A stretch of 64,000 nt of DNA from an uncultured cyanobacterium (GCA_963744145.1 CAVUSO010000001.1:416001-480000); one strand, 5' to 3'; counted from the stretch's first letter, positions 9,966-21,063 are shown. Numbers and translations: made by a program. The notes: generated from the sequence alone by a model not told the origin.

Positions 9966-11518
9966 CAATCATCACAAGATGGCTCTAGAAGCAATATTTT
10001 GTGGAGTGCAGGTAATAAATATTGTGTCAGGGTCAAAGCATCTACACCTAATTCGGTTCGTTCCTGTGCTGCTAATCTACCTGCTTGAGCGTGCCACCAC
10101 GCGGCAATTGGGACCATGATTTCTCTAGCAGTTTGGGTAATCAATCCTGCTAATAGTCCAGTCAGTGCATCCCCACTACCACCACGCGCTAAAGCTGGGG
10201 TACTGGTGGGAATAATCCAGACTGAACCAGTGGGATTAGCGATCGCAGTTCTAGCTCCTTTTAACAAAATGATCGCTCCACTTTGTTGAGCAGCACTTTT
10301 GACTGCATCGATGCGATCTTTGGTCAAAATATCTAATTCGGGAAATAAACGTTGGAATTCACCAGCATGGGGAGTCAAAATGGTAGTCCCTTGGCGATCG
10401 CGCAGGGCAGAAATTAGGTGAAAGTTAGCTAAAATATTTAAAGCATCGGCATCTAAAACTAAAGTCCGATCGCTGGCTAAAATAATTTTTACCACTGGTG
10501 CTGCGGCTAAAGTGAGTCCCGGACCACAACCGATCGCGTGATAAGCATTAAGGTCAAGATTTGCTGGTAACTGGGCGATCGCTCCAGTTTCAGTTTCGGT
10601 ACAGCCAATAATCAGTGCTTCTGGTACTTGTGTCACTAATAAAGATTTAAGTGATTCGGGTACAGCAATGGATAACATTCCGACTCCACTAGCTCTTGCT
10701 CCGAGAGCAGTAATAATTGCAGCTCCCAGATAGCGACGGGAACCACAAATCAGCAATAAATGCCCCATTTTATATTTGTGGGTAACAGGGGGACGAGTTA
10801 GAGGAAGATGGGCGATCGCGGTAGCTGTCGTTACACGCTGAATCATCGGTGGATGACCGACTACAGCCCAAATATCTGCAAGGGGTAAATCAAAATCGAT
10901 CAGTTCAGCAGTTCCTATATAAGCTAATGCTTGGTCTTGTAATAATCCCAGTTTCCATAAACCTAAACAAAATGTTCTTGTAGCACAAATAGCTGTACCT
11001 AATACCTCTCCTGTATCAGCGTGCAAACCAGAAGGTAAATCAATACTAAAAATGGGTTTACCAGATTGATTGACTTGATTGATCACAGCCGCAATTGGGT
11101 CAGCGATCGGTCTTTCTAGTCCAAAGCCAAACAATCCATCAATAATTAGATCAGATTTTTCTAAACAATGTTCAATACATTCTGTAAACACAATACCTAA
11201 ACTTTTCGCATAAGCTGCATGAGTTGAGGTTAACTCTTTTAACTTGGGGAAAGGACAATAGATCGAGGCGATCGCACCTCGAAAATATAGCTCACGAGCA
11301 ATCACCAACGCATCGCCCCCATTGTGACCTGGCCCAACTAAAATCCCTACTCGTAACCCAGGAACTGGATAAAGGGTCTGAATTCGACGCACCATTAACC
11401 CTGCAACCTTTTCCATTAAAGCCGCAACGGGCATTCCTGCTGCAAATACTCGCGCTTCAATTGCTTGCATTTGCTTAGTAGTTACTACAATTTGCTGAAT
11501 TTGGGTTTGTCTGTCCAT
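9962..11518 (-). CDS. nnr: Bifunctional NAD(P)H-hydrate epimerase/dehydratase (YjeF family)
   Basis: GPGHNGGD, IDGLFGFG, DADALN, LTPHAGEF, ARGGSGD. Confidence 0.95.
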   Translation of the reverse strand: MDRQTQIQQIVVTTKQMQAIEARVFAAGMPVAALMEKVAGLMVRRIQTLYPVPGLRVGILVGPGHNGGDALVIARELYFRGAIASIYCPFPKLKELTSTHAAYAKSLGIVFTECIEHCLEKSDLIIDGLFGFGLERPIADPIAAVINQVNQSGKPIFSIDLPSGLHADTGEVLGTAICATRTFCLGLWKLGLLQDQALAYIGTAELIDFDLPLADIWAVVGHPPMIQRVTTATAIAHLPLTRPPVTHKYKMGHLLLICGSRRYLGAAIITALGARASGVGMLSIAVPESLKSLLVTQVPEALIIGCTETETGAIAQLPANLDLNAYHAIGCGPGLTLAAAPVVKIILASDRTLVLDADALNILANFHLISALRDRQGTTILTPHAGEFQRLFPELDILTKDRIDAVKSAAQQSGAIILLKGARTAIANPTGSVWIIPTSTPALARGGSGDALTGLLAGLITQTAREIMVPIAAWWHAQAGRLAAQERTELGVDALTLTQYLLPALHKILLLEPSCDDC

Positions 11519-11541
11519 AAGTATCTCTGAGTGGTCAAAAT

Positions 11542-11666
11542 TGATATCTGGTAAAAGTCATATTGATTAATTTATTGGACAGACAAGATGTCTGTCCCAC
11601 AAGAATCTTTTTTTTGGTTGTGGGACAGGCATCTTGCCTGTCCTAGTTATTTTTGCCAGAGGTCTA
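11542..11666. mobile_element. MITE-like element carrying two GGACAGRCA-AGA-TGYCTGTCC palindromes
   Basis: Collinear with 21152..21292; both end in TTTTTGCMAGARGTCTA. Confidence 0.75.
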
Positions 11667-11769
11667 ATCTAGAAATAAATGTTAATTTGTAAGAAGCGGA
11701 GTAATATCGTTGTCGTCCAGTAAATCTCTTGGCCATTAGTTAAAATTAGCTGGTCATTTTCCCATTATT

Positions 11770-12834
11770 ATGAACAAAATCGTCGTCGGACTCTCCGGTG
11801 GAGTTGATAGCTCTGTCGCTGCTGCAACTCTACATCATCAAGGATATGAAGTAGTTGGACTTACCCTGTGGCTCATGAAGGGTAAAGGACAGTGCTGTTC
11901 GGAGGGAATGGTTGACGCTGCTTATATTTGCGAACAATTAGGTATTCCTCATCATATCGTTGATATTCGTGATCTGTTCGAGAAAAACATTATTGATTAC
12001 CTAGTAACAGGGTATGGTGCGGGAATTACTCCCTTACCCTGTTCTCAATGTAATCGCACCGTCAAATTTGGTCCAATGCTAGATTGGGCTAAAGAAAAAT
12101 TAGGAATTGAGCAGATTGCTACTGGTCACTATGCCAGAATTACCTATAATGCCCAAAGCGATCGCTATCAATTAAGACGAGCAGTTGATCTGAATAAAGA
12201 TCAATCTTATTTTTTGTATGACCTCACCCAAGATTTATTAGCTGGGTCTGTTTTTCCATTGGGGGATATTCCTAAAACCGAAACCCGGAAAATAGCAGCT
12301 AATTTTAATTTAAAAACTGCTGATAAACCAGAAAGTCAGGATTTATGTTTAGTAGAAGCTAATGGTTCAATGCAAGCTTTTTTAGATAAGTATCTGGCTC
12401 CCAAAACAGGAGATATTGTTGATCAACAAGGTCGCATATTAGGACAACATGAAGGTATTCACCATTACACTATTGGTCAACGGAAAGGATTGGGAATAGC
12501 AGCAGCAAATCCACTCTATGTAATTGGTTTAGATGTCGTCAATAATCGAGTGATAGTGGGCGATCGGGATAGTGGTTCCCAACCGACTTGTACAGTGAAA
12601 CGAGTTAACTGGGTTTCAATTCCAGAACCAGTCAATCCAATTTCAGCTCAAGCACAAATTCGTTATCGTAGTTCTCCCATCCCAGTCACAATTATTCCCC
12701 TTCCTGATCATCGGGTGCAAATAGCTTTCGATGAACCTCAGTTTGCAATTACTCCTGGACAAGCAGCAGTTTGGTACGATGGAGATGTACTACTTGGTGG
12801 TGGAATTATTGAACAGAATCATGATAGTTTATGA
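11770..12834 (+). CDS. mnmA: tRNA-specific 2-thiouridylase
   Basis: SGGVDS, ATGHYA, KDQSYFL, ESQDLC, TIGQRKG, TPGQAAV. Confidence 0.97.
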   Translation: MNKIVVGLSGGVDSSVAAATLHHQGYEVVGLTLWLMKGKGQCCSEGMVDAAYICEQLGIPHHIVDIRDLFEKNIIDYLVTGYGAGITPLPCSQCNRTVKFGPMLDWAKEKLGIEQIATGHYARITYNAQSDRYQLRRAVDLNKDQSYFLYDLTQDLLAGSVFPLGDIPKTETRKIAANFNLKTADKPESQDLCLVEANGSMQAFLDKYLAPKTGDIVDQQGRILGQHEGIHHYTIGQRKGLGIAAANPLYVIGLDVVNNRVIVGDRDSGSQPTCTVKRVNWVSIPEPVNPISAQAQIRYRSSPIPVTIIPLPDHRVQIAFDEPQFAITPGQAAVWYDGDVLLGGGIIEQNHDSL

Positions 12835-12995
12835 TCCTTTTATAGGAGGTAATTATCGAATGGAGATCCCGCTAGTATTGTGATGTTCGCTAAGTTTAAT
12901 TAGCTTATATTACAACAATTATTTTGATTAGTTTTTTTTCATATCTCGCCCATTAAACTATTAAAATACTTGAATCATTCTCCCAGAGACTTGCT

Positions 12996-13676
12996 ATGCA
13001 AAACCTATTCTTATACCTGATCTTTGTCTCTATTCTCCTGAGTAGTATCCGTTATTTTTTAATCTTTTGGAGTATTCGTAAAAATATACTTTCATCAGTA
13101 AAATGTTTAGCTCAATCAGCCAACCAAATTCCCGATTATTTAAAAGAATTATTTCAATCCCCGATCGCAAAGTTACAGCAATTAGGATTTGAATTTTGTA
13201 CTTATTTGCAAATAGAAAGAGAGGATCATCCTTATCATCCGATACTTTGGGAAGCTTGACTATTTAATAAAATATTAAAAACCTATAGCACATTACCAGG
13301 ATTGTTGTTAGGATTGGGATTAGCGATCGCAATTTATAAAGAGAGCTATATTAGTTATCCAATTTGGGTACAAGATGCTAGTTCAATGTTGATCTTCCTG
13401 AATCTATTTAACCTCCTACCAATTTACCCTTTAGATGGTGGTCAAATTGCTGAACTATTGGTATTTTATCGTTTACCCTATATCGGTGTTTTGTTTAAAA
13501 TAATTGGGATTGCGCTCTTAGTAATGATGGGAATGACCGAACCAATACTATTGACATTCGCGATTTTGATTGCGTTCACTATTCATTCGGGCGACAATTT
13601 ATTGCTTAAACCCGTTAATTTTATATCCGAATGCTTCGCCCTGTTCTTCGCCGAAATATTCAAAAAAAAATCTTAA
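12996..13676 (+). pseudogene. Internally deleted site-2 protease (M50) gene fragments
   Basis: LNLFNLLPIYPLDGGQI motif present but no HExxH segment; split ORFs; 3' end runs into a repeat. Confidence 0.7.
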
Positions 13677-13868
13677 CTGAATGGATTTTAATATATAGTT
13701 GATCTGTTGGCTACATAGATGGTGAGGGATGAAAGCATTTCGGTAATATTATTCTTCCCTTCGACTATGCCCTTCGACTACGCTCAGGGAACACTCAGGG
13801 TAAACGCTTAAGCAATTATTTATGCGCCGAAATGCTCTCTGCCCCTACAAGTTAACTAAACCGTATTG
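13584..13868. repeat. Two partial REP/MITE copies plus CCCTTCGACTACGCTCAGGG repeats
   Basis: CATTCGG...CCGAATGCTTCGCCC and TTAACTRAAYSG ends shared with 41204..41337. Confidence 0.65.
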
Positions 13869-13929
13869 GTTTATAGAGCTAATTTATGACTGGTAATATT
13901 GGCAAAACTAAAGTAGAATACGGAGATTT

Positions 13930-14223
13930 TTAGACACCATTAGAACTAGCTAAAATGGTATGCAAAAAATTGATAGAACTTGGTGTTAATCCTGATGTCA
14001 TATTAGAACCTCTGTATTTATTCAATACAGTGTTTAATTCGATCGCTTTTATTTGTCCTTTTTCATAGCCATCGAGCCTCTTTTCTGCTTCAGCTAACCA
14101 AATTTGGTCAAATTCTGGATCTGGTCTATCTAAGCTTCTTAAAATCCATTCAACCAGCATTAACTTGTCAGTTGCAGAAAGCGCTTCAATATCGGCATAA
14201 AGTTTGCTGTTTGCATTGGTCAT
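13930..14223 (-). CDS. Putative addiction-module antitoxin, orphan, with aberrant C-terminal extension
   Basis: LSATDKLMLVEWILRSLD.PDPEFDQIWLAEAEKRL..Y..G pattern; no toxin follows. Confidence 0.75.
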   Translation of the reverse strand: MTNANSKLYADIEALSATDKLMLVEWILRSLDRPDPEFDQIWLAEAEKRLDGYEKGQIKAIELNTVLNKYRGSNMTSGLTPSSINFLHTILASSNGV

Positions 14224-14369
14224 AATTTCATCCTGCTTTTTCAGCTTGAATCTTAACGATATTTTAGCAAATAAATGAGTGAAGTACATTTTTTATACAA
14301 TACACACACATTTGGGCATCTATTTAGTGAAAAATTGGGCTGTGATGGTAATTAGATTTACGATTTTTA

Positions 14370-14765
14370 CAGACCCGAAAGGTTTACTAGAATTAGCGAG
14401 AGTTCCCCTATTACTGCATTTAATTCCTATGGCTTATCCAGAAGGATACTTGCAGGTAGATTCAGGGAAACAACACCATAATAAACAATATTTAGAAGAT
14501 AGTCGCAATCAATTATTTACAGCATATATTGATTGCATCGCTTGTTGGTATTAGTCCAGATTGGCAAATCATTGCAGGTATCGGTGCAAATGGGTCGCTC
14601 CGATTACATCACTTTCCTACGGGTAAATTAATTAGTATAATGCACGAACATTCGGATCATATAACCTCTATTGTTTTTAGTCAAGATGGGCAGTTTATCG
14701 TCACTGGTAGTTATGATAAAACAATTAAAATTTGGCAGCAAGTTCCTCTCTCTAAATCAAACTAG
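14370..14765 (+). pseudogene. Fused fragments: NACHT-associated helical segment followed by a C-terminal WD40 repeat
   Basis: LLELARVPLLL...LFTAYID then HSDHITSIVFSQDGQFIVTGSYDKTIKIW in another frame. Confidence 0.65.
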
Positions 14766-14791
14766 AGTAGTTTAAACCCTCTAAATTCATC

Positions 14792-15433
14792 CTAACTATT
14801 GCAAAGCAACCCAGTAATGCGTTTTATCACTCGTAAAACTCTAAACAAATTGTTGTTTTTATCACGAGATATTGCTGTGAACTTGTTGGATAAATCATAC
14901 TGACGCACCTGCTGATTTAGCTTAATAAAAATATAGTCATCACCAGTCGTGATCATCCCAAAAACTGGTATTTCTGAATGAGGGTTTGCCATCATATAGG
15001 CTAAAGTCTGTGGGAGAGCTTGTAAAACATTAACATTGAAACGCTTTTCCTCAATGACTACCACCCAAAATTGATTTTGGACTACTACCGCATCAATGAA
15101 TCCTTCTAATAAAGTGTCTCCGTTGTCAATTTCCACTGTTACAAATTTCTCACCTCGAATTTTAAAAGGGAGGTCAAATAGCCCGATTAAATCTAGCAGT
15201 GGAGAAACCATAATTTTGTCAATTGTGCCTTCTGCGATCGCACCATCTGCTGCATAATCAAGATATCGATTCTTTAACCGATTCAGAAATTCTTTTTCTC
15301 TATCTGTAATTTCGGGTAAATCCTCAAACCATTCTGTAAAGAATTGAAGATCACCCGTCTGAGTTAGGTTAAACTTATTATGCGCTTCGTTCAGGTTAGT
15401 AATAGCTTTAGTAATCCCAACTGTTTGAACCAT
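14792..15433 (-). CDS. Stand-alone HsdR_N-like (PD-(D/E)xK) restriction endonuclease family protein
   Basis: VSPLLDLIG, LEGFIDAVV, VIEEKR, ALPQTLAYM, FGMITTG. Confidence 0.8.
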   Translation of the reverse strand: MVQTVGITKAITNLNEAHNKFNLTQTGDLQFFTEWFEDLPEITDREKEFLNRLKNRYLDYAADGAIAEGTIDKIMVSPLLDLIGLFDLPFKIRGEKFVTVEIDNGDTLLEGFIDAVVVQNQFWVVVIEEKRFNVNVLQALPQTLAYMMANPHSEIPVFGMITTGDDYIFIKLNQQVRQYDLSNKFTAISRDKNNNLFRVLRVIKRITGLLCNS

Positions 15434-15474
15434 AATTTATTATTCCTCCATCTTTGTGCAATCATTAAGACTAA

Positions 15475-15807
15475 CTATTGCACCGCTAACTCTGTAAACT
15501 TACGCATAAAAGGGGATCTATATCCCAAAACAATATCTGATTTAGGTACTCCAGCTTCAATTAACTCATTGGCTATCCCCACATCAGTTCCATCCCGTTG
15601 AATCCAAATTTTTCCAGATTTAATCTCAATATGAATAACACATCCAAAAACTCGTTTTTCTCCATGCCACCCCACCTGAAACATTAGATAGCGATCGCGA
15701 TCAGGATCGAAAGCAATTTGAGTCTCTACTTCGCAATCATCAGTATCTCCGTCAGAATTTTTTTCGACAATCGACTTAATAATTTTTCTATATCTTTCTA
15801 TCTCCAT
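15475..15807 (-). CDS. xisI: XisI family protein
   Basis: GKIWIQRDGTDVGIANELIEAGVPKSDIVLGY. Confidence 0.93.
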   Translation of the reverse strand: MEIERYRKIIKSIVEKNSDGDTDDCEVETQIAFDPDRDRYLMFQVGWHGEKRVFGCVIHIEIKSGKIWIQRDGTDVGIANELIEAGVPKSDIVLGYRSPFMRKFTELAVQ

Positions 15808-15920
15808 GTTACAATTTTCTCTCTAATTGGATTAAATACCAGTAAGTTTAATTGCATCCGCGTCACCGACATTTGAGCTAAACGTCGAGTAAAAAACTCT
15901 TCATAAATATCCTCTGGAAC
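15798..15920 (-). pseudogene. xisH: 3' remnant of xisH
   Basis: Manual translation VPEDIYEEFFTRRLAQMSVTRMQLNLLVFNPIREKIVTWR*, overlapping the xisI start as in xisHI operons. Confidence 0.8.
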
Positions 15921-17460
15921 TCTGGGAGTTCTTACTAGCAATATTTCTAGCAAGTTGTCTTTTTTTAATACCTGCCTTTAAAATCATTTCTTGCTCTAAT
16001 GCTGTTTGATCAAAAAAATCTACGGGCCAATTAGTAACTCCAAAATTTTCATCAATGCCAACTTCTTCGTAAACAGAACCTGAATCAGTTGCACTAATAA
16101 AATAAATGCCAATTAAATCTTTTAACCTACCAGTTTCATCTTCAACAATTCTTCTAACTAATCTGTTGATAATATGATCGCTGTGAGTTTCAACCATCAC
16201 CTTTTTTCCAGATAAAGCTAGTGCAATAAAATAATCAGATAATTGCATCTGAAGATTAGGATGTAAATGGATCTCTGGTTGCTCAAGTAAAAGCGTATTC
16301 CTTTGTGGCATCCTTAATCCTTCTAACAGAATCGGGAAAATTTGGCTGACTCCAAAACCTACATCAGCAATACTAACACGAGTTTTAGATGCGGAACTAG
16401 AATTAAGATTTAGATAAACAATCTCATTAATAACTTCTGATTTGAATCCTTTTATATTCATCAAATTGAACCATTCTTGTATAGCAGCAGATAAAGTTAT
16501 ATTATTTTCTTGCTTGAAAGAATTACTTTTAGTGTCATAAAAATAGTGATTTAAAACAGGGTTATTTTGCTCTATTAAATAAATGTATGCTGCATCCTCA
16601 CCTTTGATACCAATTTCGGTAATTTCCTCCTCATATATATATCTTCTAGAAGGCTCTTCCCTCAATGGACCTATATAGCTATAAGATGAAAAAATTGCTT
16701 GCAATAAATTATTTATCCTGTAAAGTCCAGATGAAACATCTGATAAACCTCTTAATCCTTCAAAGTCACCTTTAATAGGAATAGGTGTAAATCTAAATAA
16801 ACTTTCAAATTTAAGGTTTACAGATGATATTTCTCCTTTACTATTTTCTTCATCTCGTCTGATTTTATTTTTTAGATTATCCCAGCTAATTGTATATAAA
16901 TTATTATCATCAAGTTGGATTTTAATAGAAAAACCTGGAACTTTTTGTTTATCTAATCCTATTGTCTCAATGCTAAATTGAAACTGCTCAATACTAATTG
17001 CTTTTGTAGAATTTTTATTTTTAGTTCTGTTTCTATGTTTAGGTGCTTTCAGAACGTTTTTGATGTAAATAAAAATATCATCAAGTCGCCGTCCCGGAGG
17101 AAATGAGCCGTGCGGAAAAAGATCGTAGATAAACATTCTGAGGGGCACATTATTGTTCAGGGTCGTTGATATTTGGTCTTCCTTCGTTAACTTGAAGCTA
17201 AATTCAAATACTAAGGAATTGTCCAAGTTTTTCTCAAAAATTATGTTTTCAAATGAACCTAAATGTACGAACCTTCCATTTAGTAAAAGAATTTGGTTGG
17301 GATTTTGACTCTCCAGAGTTTGTTTGAGTAAAAGTATGCTTTGGAGGATAGAGCTTTTTCCACAGCTATTAGATCCACATAAAATTGTGATTGGTTTAAC
17401 TTTTAAATTCTCTAAATTTTTAAAGCCTTTGAAATTTTCTAAACAAAGGTTTTCTAACAT
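15901..17460 (-). CDS. AAA/ABC-type ATPase with C-terminal DUF3696-like domain
   Basis: LENFKGF, GSNSCGKSS, YIGPLR, DVGFGVSQIFP, LLEQPEIHLHP, VETHS, NWPVDFFDQ. Confidence 0.88.
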   Translation of the reverse strand: MLENLCLENFKGFKNLENLKVKPITILCGSNSCGKSSILQSILLLKQTLESQNPNQILLLNGRFVHLGSFENIIFEKNLDNSLVFEFSFKLTKEDQISTTLNNNVPLRMFIYDLFPHGSFPPGRRLDDIFIYIKNVLKAPKHRNRTKNKNSTKAISIEQFQFSIETIGLDKQKVPGFSIKIQLDDNNLYTISWDNLKNKIRRDEENSKGEISSVNLKFESLFRFTPIPIKGDFEGLRGLSDVSSGLYRINNLLQAIFSSYSYIGPLREEPSRRYIYEEEITEIGIKGEDAAYIYLIEQNNPVLNHYFYDTKSNSFKQENNITLSAAIQEWFNLMNIKGFKSEVINEIVYLNLNSSSASKTRVSIADVGFGVSQIFPILLEGLRMPQRNTLLLEQPEIHLHPNLQMQLSDYFIALALSGKKVMVETHSDHIINRLVRRIVEDETGRLKDLIGIYFISATDSGSVYEEVGIDENFGVTNWPVDFFDQTALEQEMILKAGIKKRQLARNIASKNSQSSRGYL

Positions 17461-17531
17461 ATTTTTCTGCGCCTCGTTCAGATTAGTAATAGCTTTGGCA
17501 ATTCCAACCATCTGAGCCATAACTGAGCCAA

Positions 17532-17618
17532 CGGAGAGGGTGGGATTTGAACCCACGTTAGAGTTTCCCCTAAAGCAGATTTCGAGTCTGCCGCATTCAA
17601 CCGCTCTGCCACCTCTCC
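17532..17618 (-). tRNA. trnS: tRNA-Ser (anticodon CGA)
   Basis: GGAGAGG acceptor stem, anticodon arm GCAGA-CTCGAAA-TCTGC, long variable arm, GGTTCAAATCC T-loop. Confidence 0.97.
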
Positions 17619-17658
17619 AAAATCGATTGCATATCCTATATTACTATATTTTCTCATT

Positions 17659-20076
17659 TTATAGCAAGGAAGTATCATTTTCACTCGTATCCAGGGTAGT
17701 CTCAAATCCACTCCCAGGGGTCCATTGGATCGCACCATCTTGACTACTGGAGTAAAGTTGGATTTGCTTGAGCTGTAATAAGGTCTTGGTTTCCGGATCA
17801 ATGGGACTAGACGCGGCGATCGCGATTTTTGGTTGCAATAATCCTAATAGCTCTTCACGTAAACGTTTTCCCGACCACCAGAGGACATCCGGATGTGGTA
17901 AATCTGCTGTTTTCACCAATCTACTTTGCTGATCTGGTGGAAAATCTCCCAGCCATAACCATGTCTGGCCACTTATTTGCAATTCTACTACGGTTGGTTG
18001 AGCCTTGATTAATTCTAGCTTGGCTGAACCCATTTCGATTGGTTGACCGACTGTTAAGGATTGGTATGACCCCTGATCTGCTTGGACTCCATTGATAATG
18101 ATCTGCTTAGTAGGTTCTGAATTCTTTTTGCTGGTATTATCATGAAAATTTTTGACCCTCATCCGTTCTAATATCTGTAACCAACCACTTTTGATGTCTA
18201 ATTTCGGATCAGTCGCGATCGCCCAATCAATTTGGTTGACTCCTTGTTTTTGGAAAAACGGTAAAATTGTAAACCGAGCTGTATTTTCATTCCCACTATT
18301 AACCAAAACGACTTTTTCTCGTTCTTGAATTACTAAAACTGGATCTCCAGATGCGGACAGCACTGTCACTTTAAATAAGGATACTTTACTCTGCCAAATG
18401 GGAATGATCACGATCGCCACTGCGATCAAAGTCGCAAACCACCAACTTCTAACTATGATATTCAATTTGGCGATTAATTGCTCCCTCAGTTTTTTACTTT
18501 TAACTTTGGCTTTGAGATGATCTTTTTTTCCTATTTCTGGCGATCGCTGACTACCCAATAATAAAAATAGACCGATTACTCCATAAAGTGATACCATCTG
18601 CACTGTGGAAATCGTACCTACAGCTACCGCATTTCCCGGTAACTTGCTAAAAAAATGCGCGATCGTAATGAGTCCCTGAGTCGGATAATATAACAATTGT
18701 GCTAATCCACTTCCTGTTGCTGAGTGAATTAAGGCTGCGATCGCACTAATAAATCCACCTAAACTAATAATCGAAATTAAAGGAGCGACCAGAACATTGA
18801 CTAATAAGGTATAGGGTGATATGAGACCAAATGTATAGATTTGGAGGGGAATAGTCCAGATAAAAGCTGCTAAAGAAACCGCGATCGAAGATGCGATCAC
18901 TGGTGGTAACCAATCTAATTTTTTAGCGATTGATGGTTCGGTTACTAGCAACCCAAGAGTAGCGAGAAAACTTAACTGAAACCCTAAATCCCAAATCCAA
19001 TTAGGATTAAATAATAACATTAATGTTGCTGACAATAACAATAGTGCTAAAGGTTTACTTTTTCTTTTAATTAATAAAGCAATTAAAATTCCAAAAAATC
19101 CCATGATTGCTGCTCTGACGATCGAAGCTTGACAACCAGTCAGACCCAGAAATACTAATAAAGATGTCGAACCACAGATAAATTGAATTTTTTCCGAAAA
19201 ACGCTTGCATAAAGATAGCACCAGTGTTAGTATTAATGATACTTGAAATCCCGATGCAGCTAAAGCATGAGTTAATCCAATTTGTTTAAAGTCATCTTGA
19301 ATATCATAAGGTAAATCTACCGCTCGGTTACCGATTACCATCGCACTTACTAACGGTCCTGCTGGAACTCCTAACCCGAATACTTGAGAGCGGATAATTT
19401 TTTGTCGTACCATCCACCATCCCCATTTCGGTTCTTCTTGAGCTGGAATCCGAACTTGTCTTCCTACTAAACCAGCAAAACAACCTTCTTTAGCTAAATA
19501 AGCTTGAAAATTAAATCCACCTGGATTACTTGGTGGTTTAGGTTGATATAATTTGCCCGTGACTGTAATCGTTTCTCCTGGATATAAACCAGTTGCTTGG
19601 AGTAAGGGTACAGTCACATAAAGTTTACCAGTTACACCGCGATCGCCAGCTAGAGGATCATGATTATTTTGTGCGGTTTCTATATTAGGACTAACAATTG
19701 GATTGAGTTGAGTTGCTTCTAACCAAAATTGGGCTCTTTGCGATCGAGTAACTCGCGGTGTACTGATTACTTCTCCCCAAATTGTGACTACTTCCTCTTT
19801 AATATTTTCTGCATCAGTAGGCACAAATTTACTAATATCATTTAGACCTGCTTGTGGGACTTGGGCATGAAAATAGAAAGTTGCTAAAAAACCAACTATT
19901 CCTGCTATAAACCAGACCCATCTTTGCGGTCCTCCTCTCCAAAAATAAGGAATCGCGATCGCTGTTCCCGCTCCTAAAGTAAGCATGATATAGCCACCCC
20001 AGGGAACTACTGTAGAGAGCAGACCTATAATATAAGCCAAACTAAGAATGATGATAGCTGTTTGGAACACGGGCAA
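17659..20076 (-). CDS. comEC: ComEC/Rec2 competence membrane protein
   Basis: NPGGFNFQAYL, GLTHALAASGFQV, RAAIMG, DLGFQLSFLAT. Confidence 0.93.
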   Translation of the reverse strand: MPVFQTAIIILSLAYIIGLLSTVVPWGGYIMLTLGAGTAIAIPYFWRGGPQRWVWFIAGIVGFLATFYFHAQVPQAGLNDISKFVPTDAENIKEEVVTIWGEVISTPRVTRSQRAQFWLEATQLNPIVSPNIETAQNNHDPLAGDRGVTGKLYVTVPLLQATGLYPGETITVTGKLYQPKPPSNPGGFNFQAYLAKEGCFAGLVGRQVRIPAQEEPKWGWWMVRQKIIRSQVFGLGVPAGPLVSAMVIGNRAVDLPYDIQDDFKQIGLTHALAASGFQVSLILTLVLSLCKRFSEKIQFICGSTSLLVFLGLTGCQASIVRAAIMGFFGILIALLIKRKSKPLALLLLSATLMLLFNPNWIWDLGFQLSFLATLGLLVTEPSIAKKLDWLPPVIASSIAVSLAAFIWTIPLQIYTFGLISPYTLLVNVLVAPLISIISLGGFISAIAALIHSATGSGLAQLLYYPTQGLITIAHFFSKLPGNAVAVGTISTVQMVSLYGVIGLFLLLGSQRSPEIGKKDHLKAKVKSKKLREQLIAKLNIIVRSWWFATLIAVAIVIIPIWQSKVSLFKVTVLSASGDPVLVIQEREKVVLVNSGNENTARFTILPFFQKQGVNQIDWAIATDPKLDIKSGWLQILERMRVKNFHDNTSKKNSEPTKQIIINGVQADQGSYQSLTVGQPIEMGSAKLELIKAQPTVVELQISGQTWLWLGDFPPDQQSRLVKTADLPHPDVLWWSGKRLREELLGLLQPKIAIAASSPIDPETKTLLQLKQIQLYSSSQDGAIQWTPGSGFETTLDTSENDTSLL

Positions 20077-20177
20077 AAAATCCGATGGTTAATCCTGTTG
20101 GTGATGAGAATGATAGCTCTAGATCATGCGCGAGGCAATTAAATAATTGCCCCTGGGAAAAACTCAATTTGCCAGAG

Positions 20178-21063
20178 TCAAGCTACAAGCGATCGCAACT
20201 GAGGAAACCCCAGTGCTTCTCTTTGCTGCAAGTATAATTGAGCTACTTGTCGAGCTAAGTTCCGAATTCTACCAATATATCGAGTTCTTTCGGTCACAGA
20301 AATTACACCTCTAGCATCTAATAAATTAAAAGTGTGAGAACACTTTAAAATGTAATCAAGTGTAGGTGCCACCAGTTCTTTTTTAGTCAACTGTTCTGCT
20401 TCCTGTTCATATAACCCAAATAATTTAAACAGTAAATCTGGATTAGATGCTTGAAAATTATAGGTACATTGTTCAATTTCTCCTTGGAGGTGAACATCTC
20501 CGTAGGTTACCTGATCATTCCAGGAAATCTTCGTAAAAGCATCGGTTTGCTGGAGATACATAGTTAATCTTTCCAGACCATAAGTAATTTCGATCGAAAC
20601 CGGACGACAATCGATACCCCCACATTGTTGAAAATAGGTAAATTGAGTAATTTCCATTCCATCGAGCCAAACTTCCCAACCCACACCCCAAGCACCAAGG
20701 GTGGGAGACTCCCAGTTATCTTCAACAAACCGAATATCATGGTCTTCCGGTTGAATCCCCAGAGCTCTCAAGGAATCTAGATAAATATCTTGAATATTAT
20801 TTGGAGATGGTTTAATCAGCACTTGATACTGATAGTAGTGTTGATAGCGATTCGGATTTTCCCCATAACGTCCATCGGTAGGACGTTCTACAGGGCTCAA
20901 CATAAGCGACCGACCAAGGTTCCGGACCGATCGCTCTCAGAAAAGTATGGGGACTCATTGTCCCAGCACCTTTTTCTATGTCATAGGATTGGGCAATTAG
21001 ACAACCGCGATCGGCCCAAAACTGATTTAATGTAAAAATTACAGACTGAAAATTCACGCCCAT
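20178..21063 (-). CDS. glyQ: Glycine-tRNA ligase alpha subunit (apparent 1-bp insertion near 20886)
   Basis: [27 protein letters not shown] joined to [13 protein letters not shown] by one frameshift. Confidence 0.95.

Noticed and set aside
15475..15920. Heterocyst fdxN excision element
   Set aside because: No xisF recombinase or interrupted gene; xisHI pairs are common stand-alone and xisH is only a remnant here.
17478..17801. ORFs 17478..17801, 17540..17743 and the N-terminal extension of the ATPase ORF to 17556
   Set aside because: They overlap tRNA-Ser and comEC; shadow frames.
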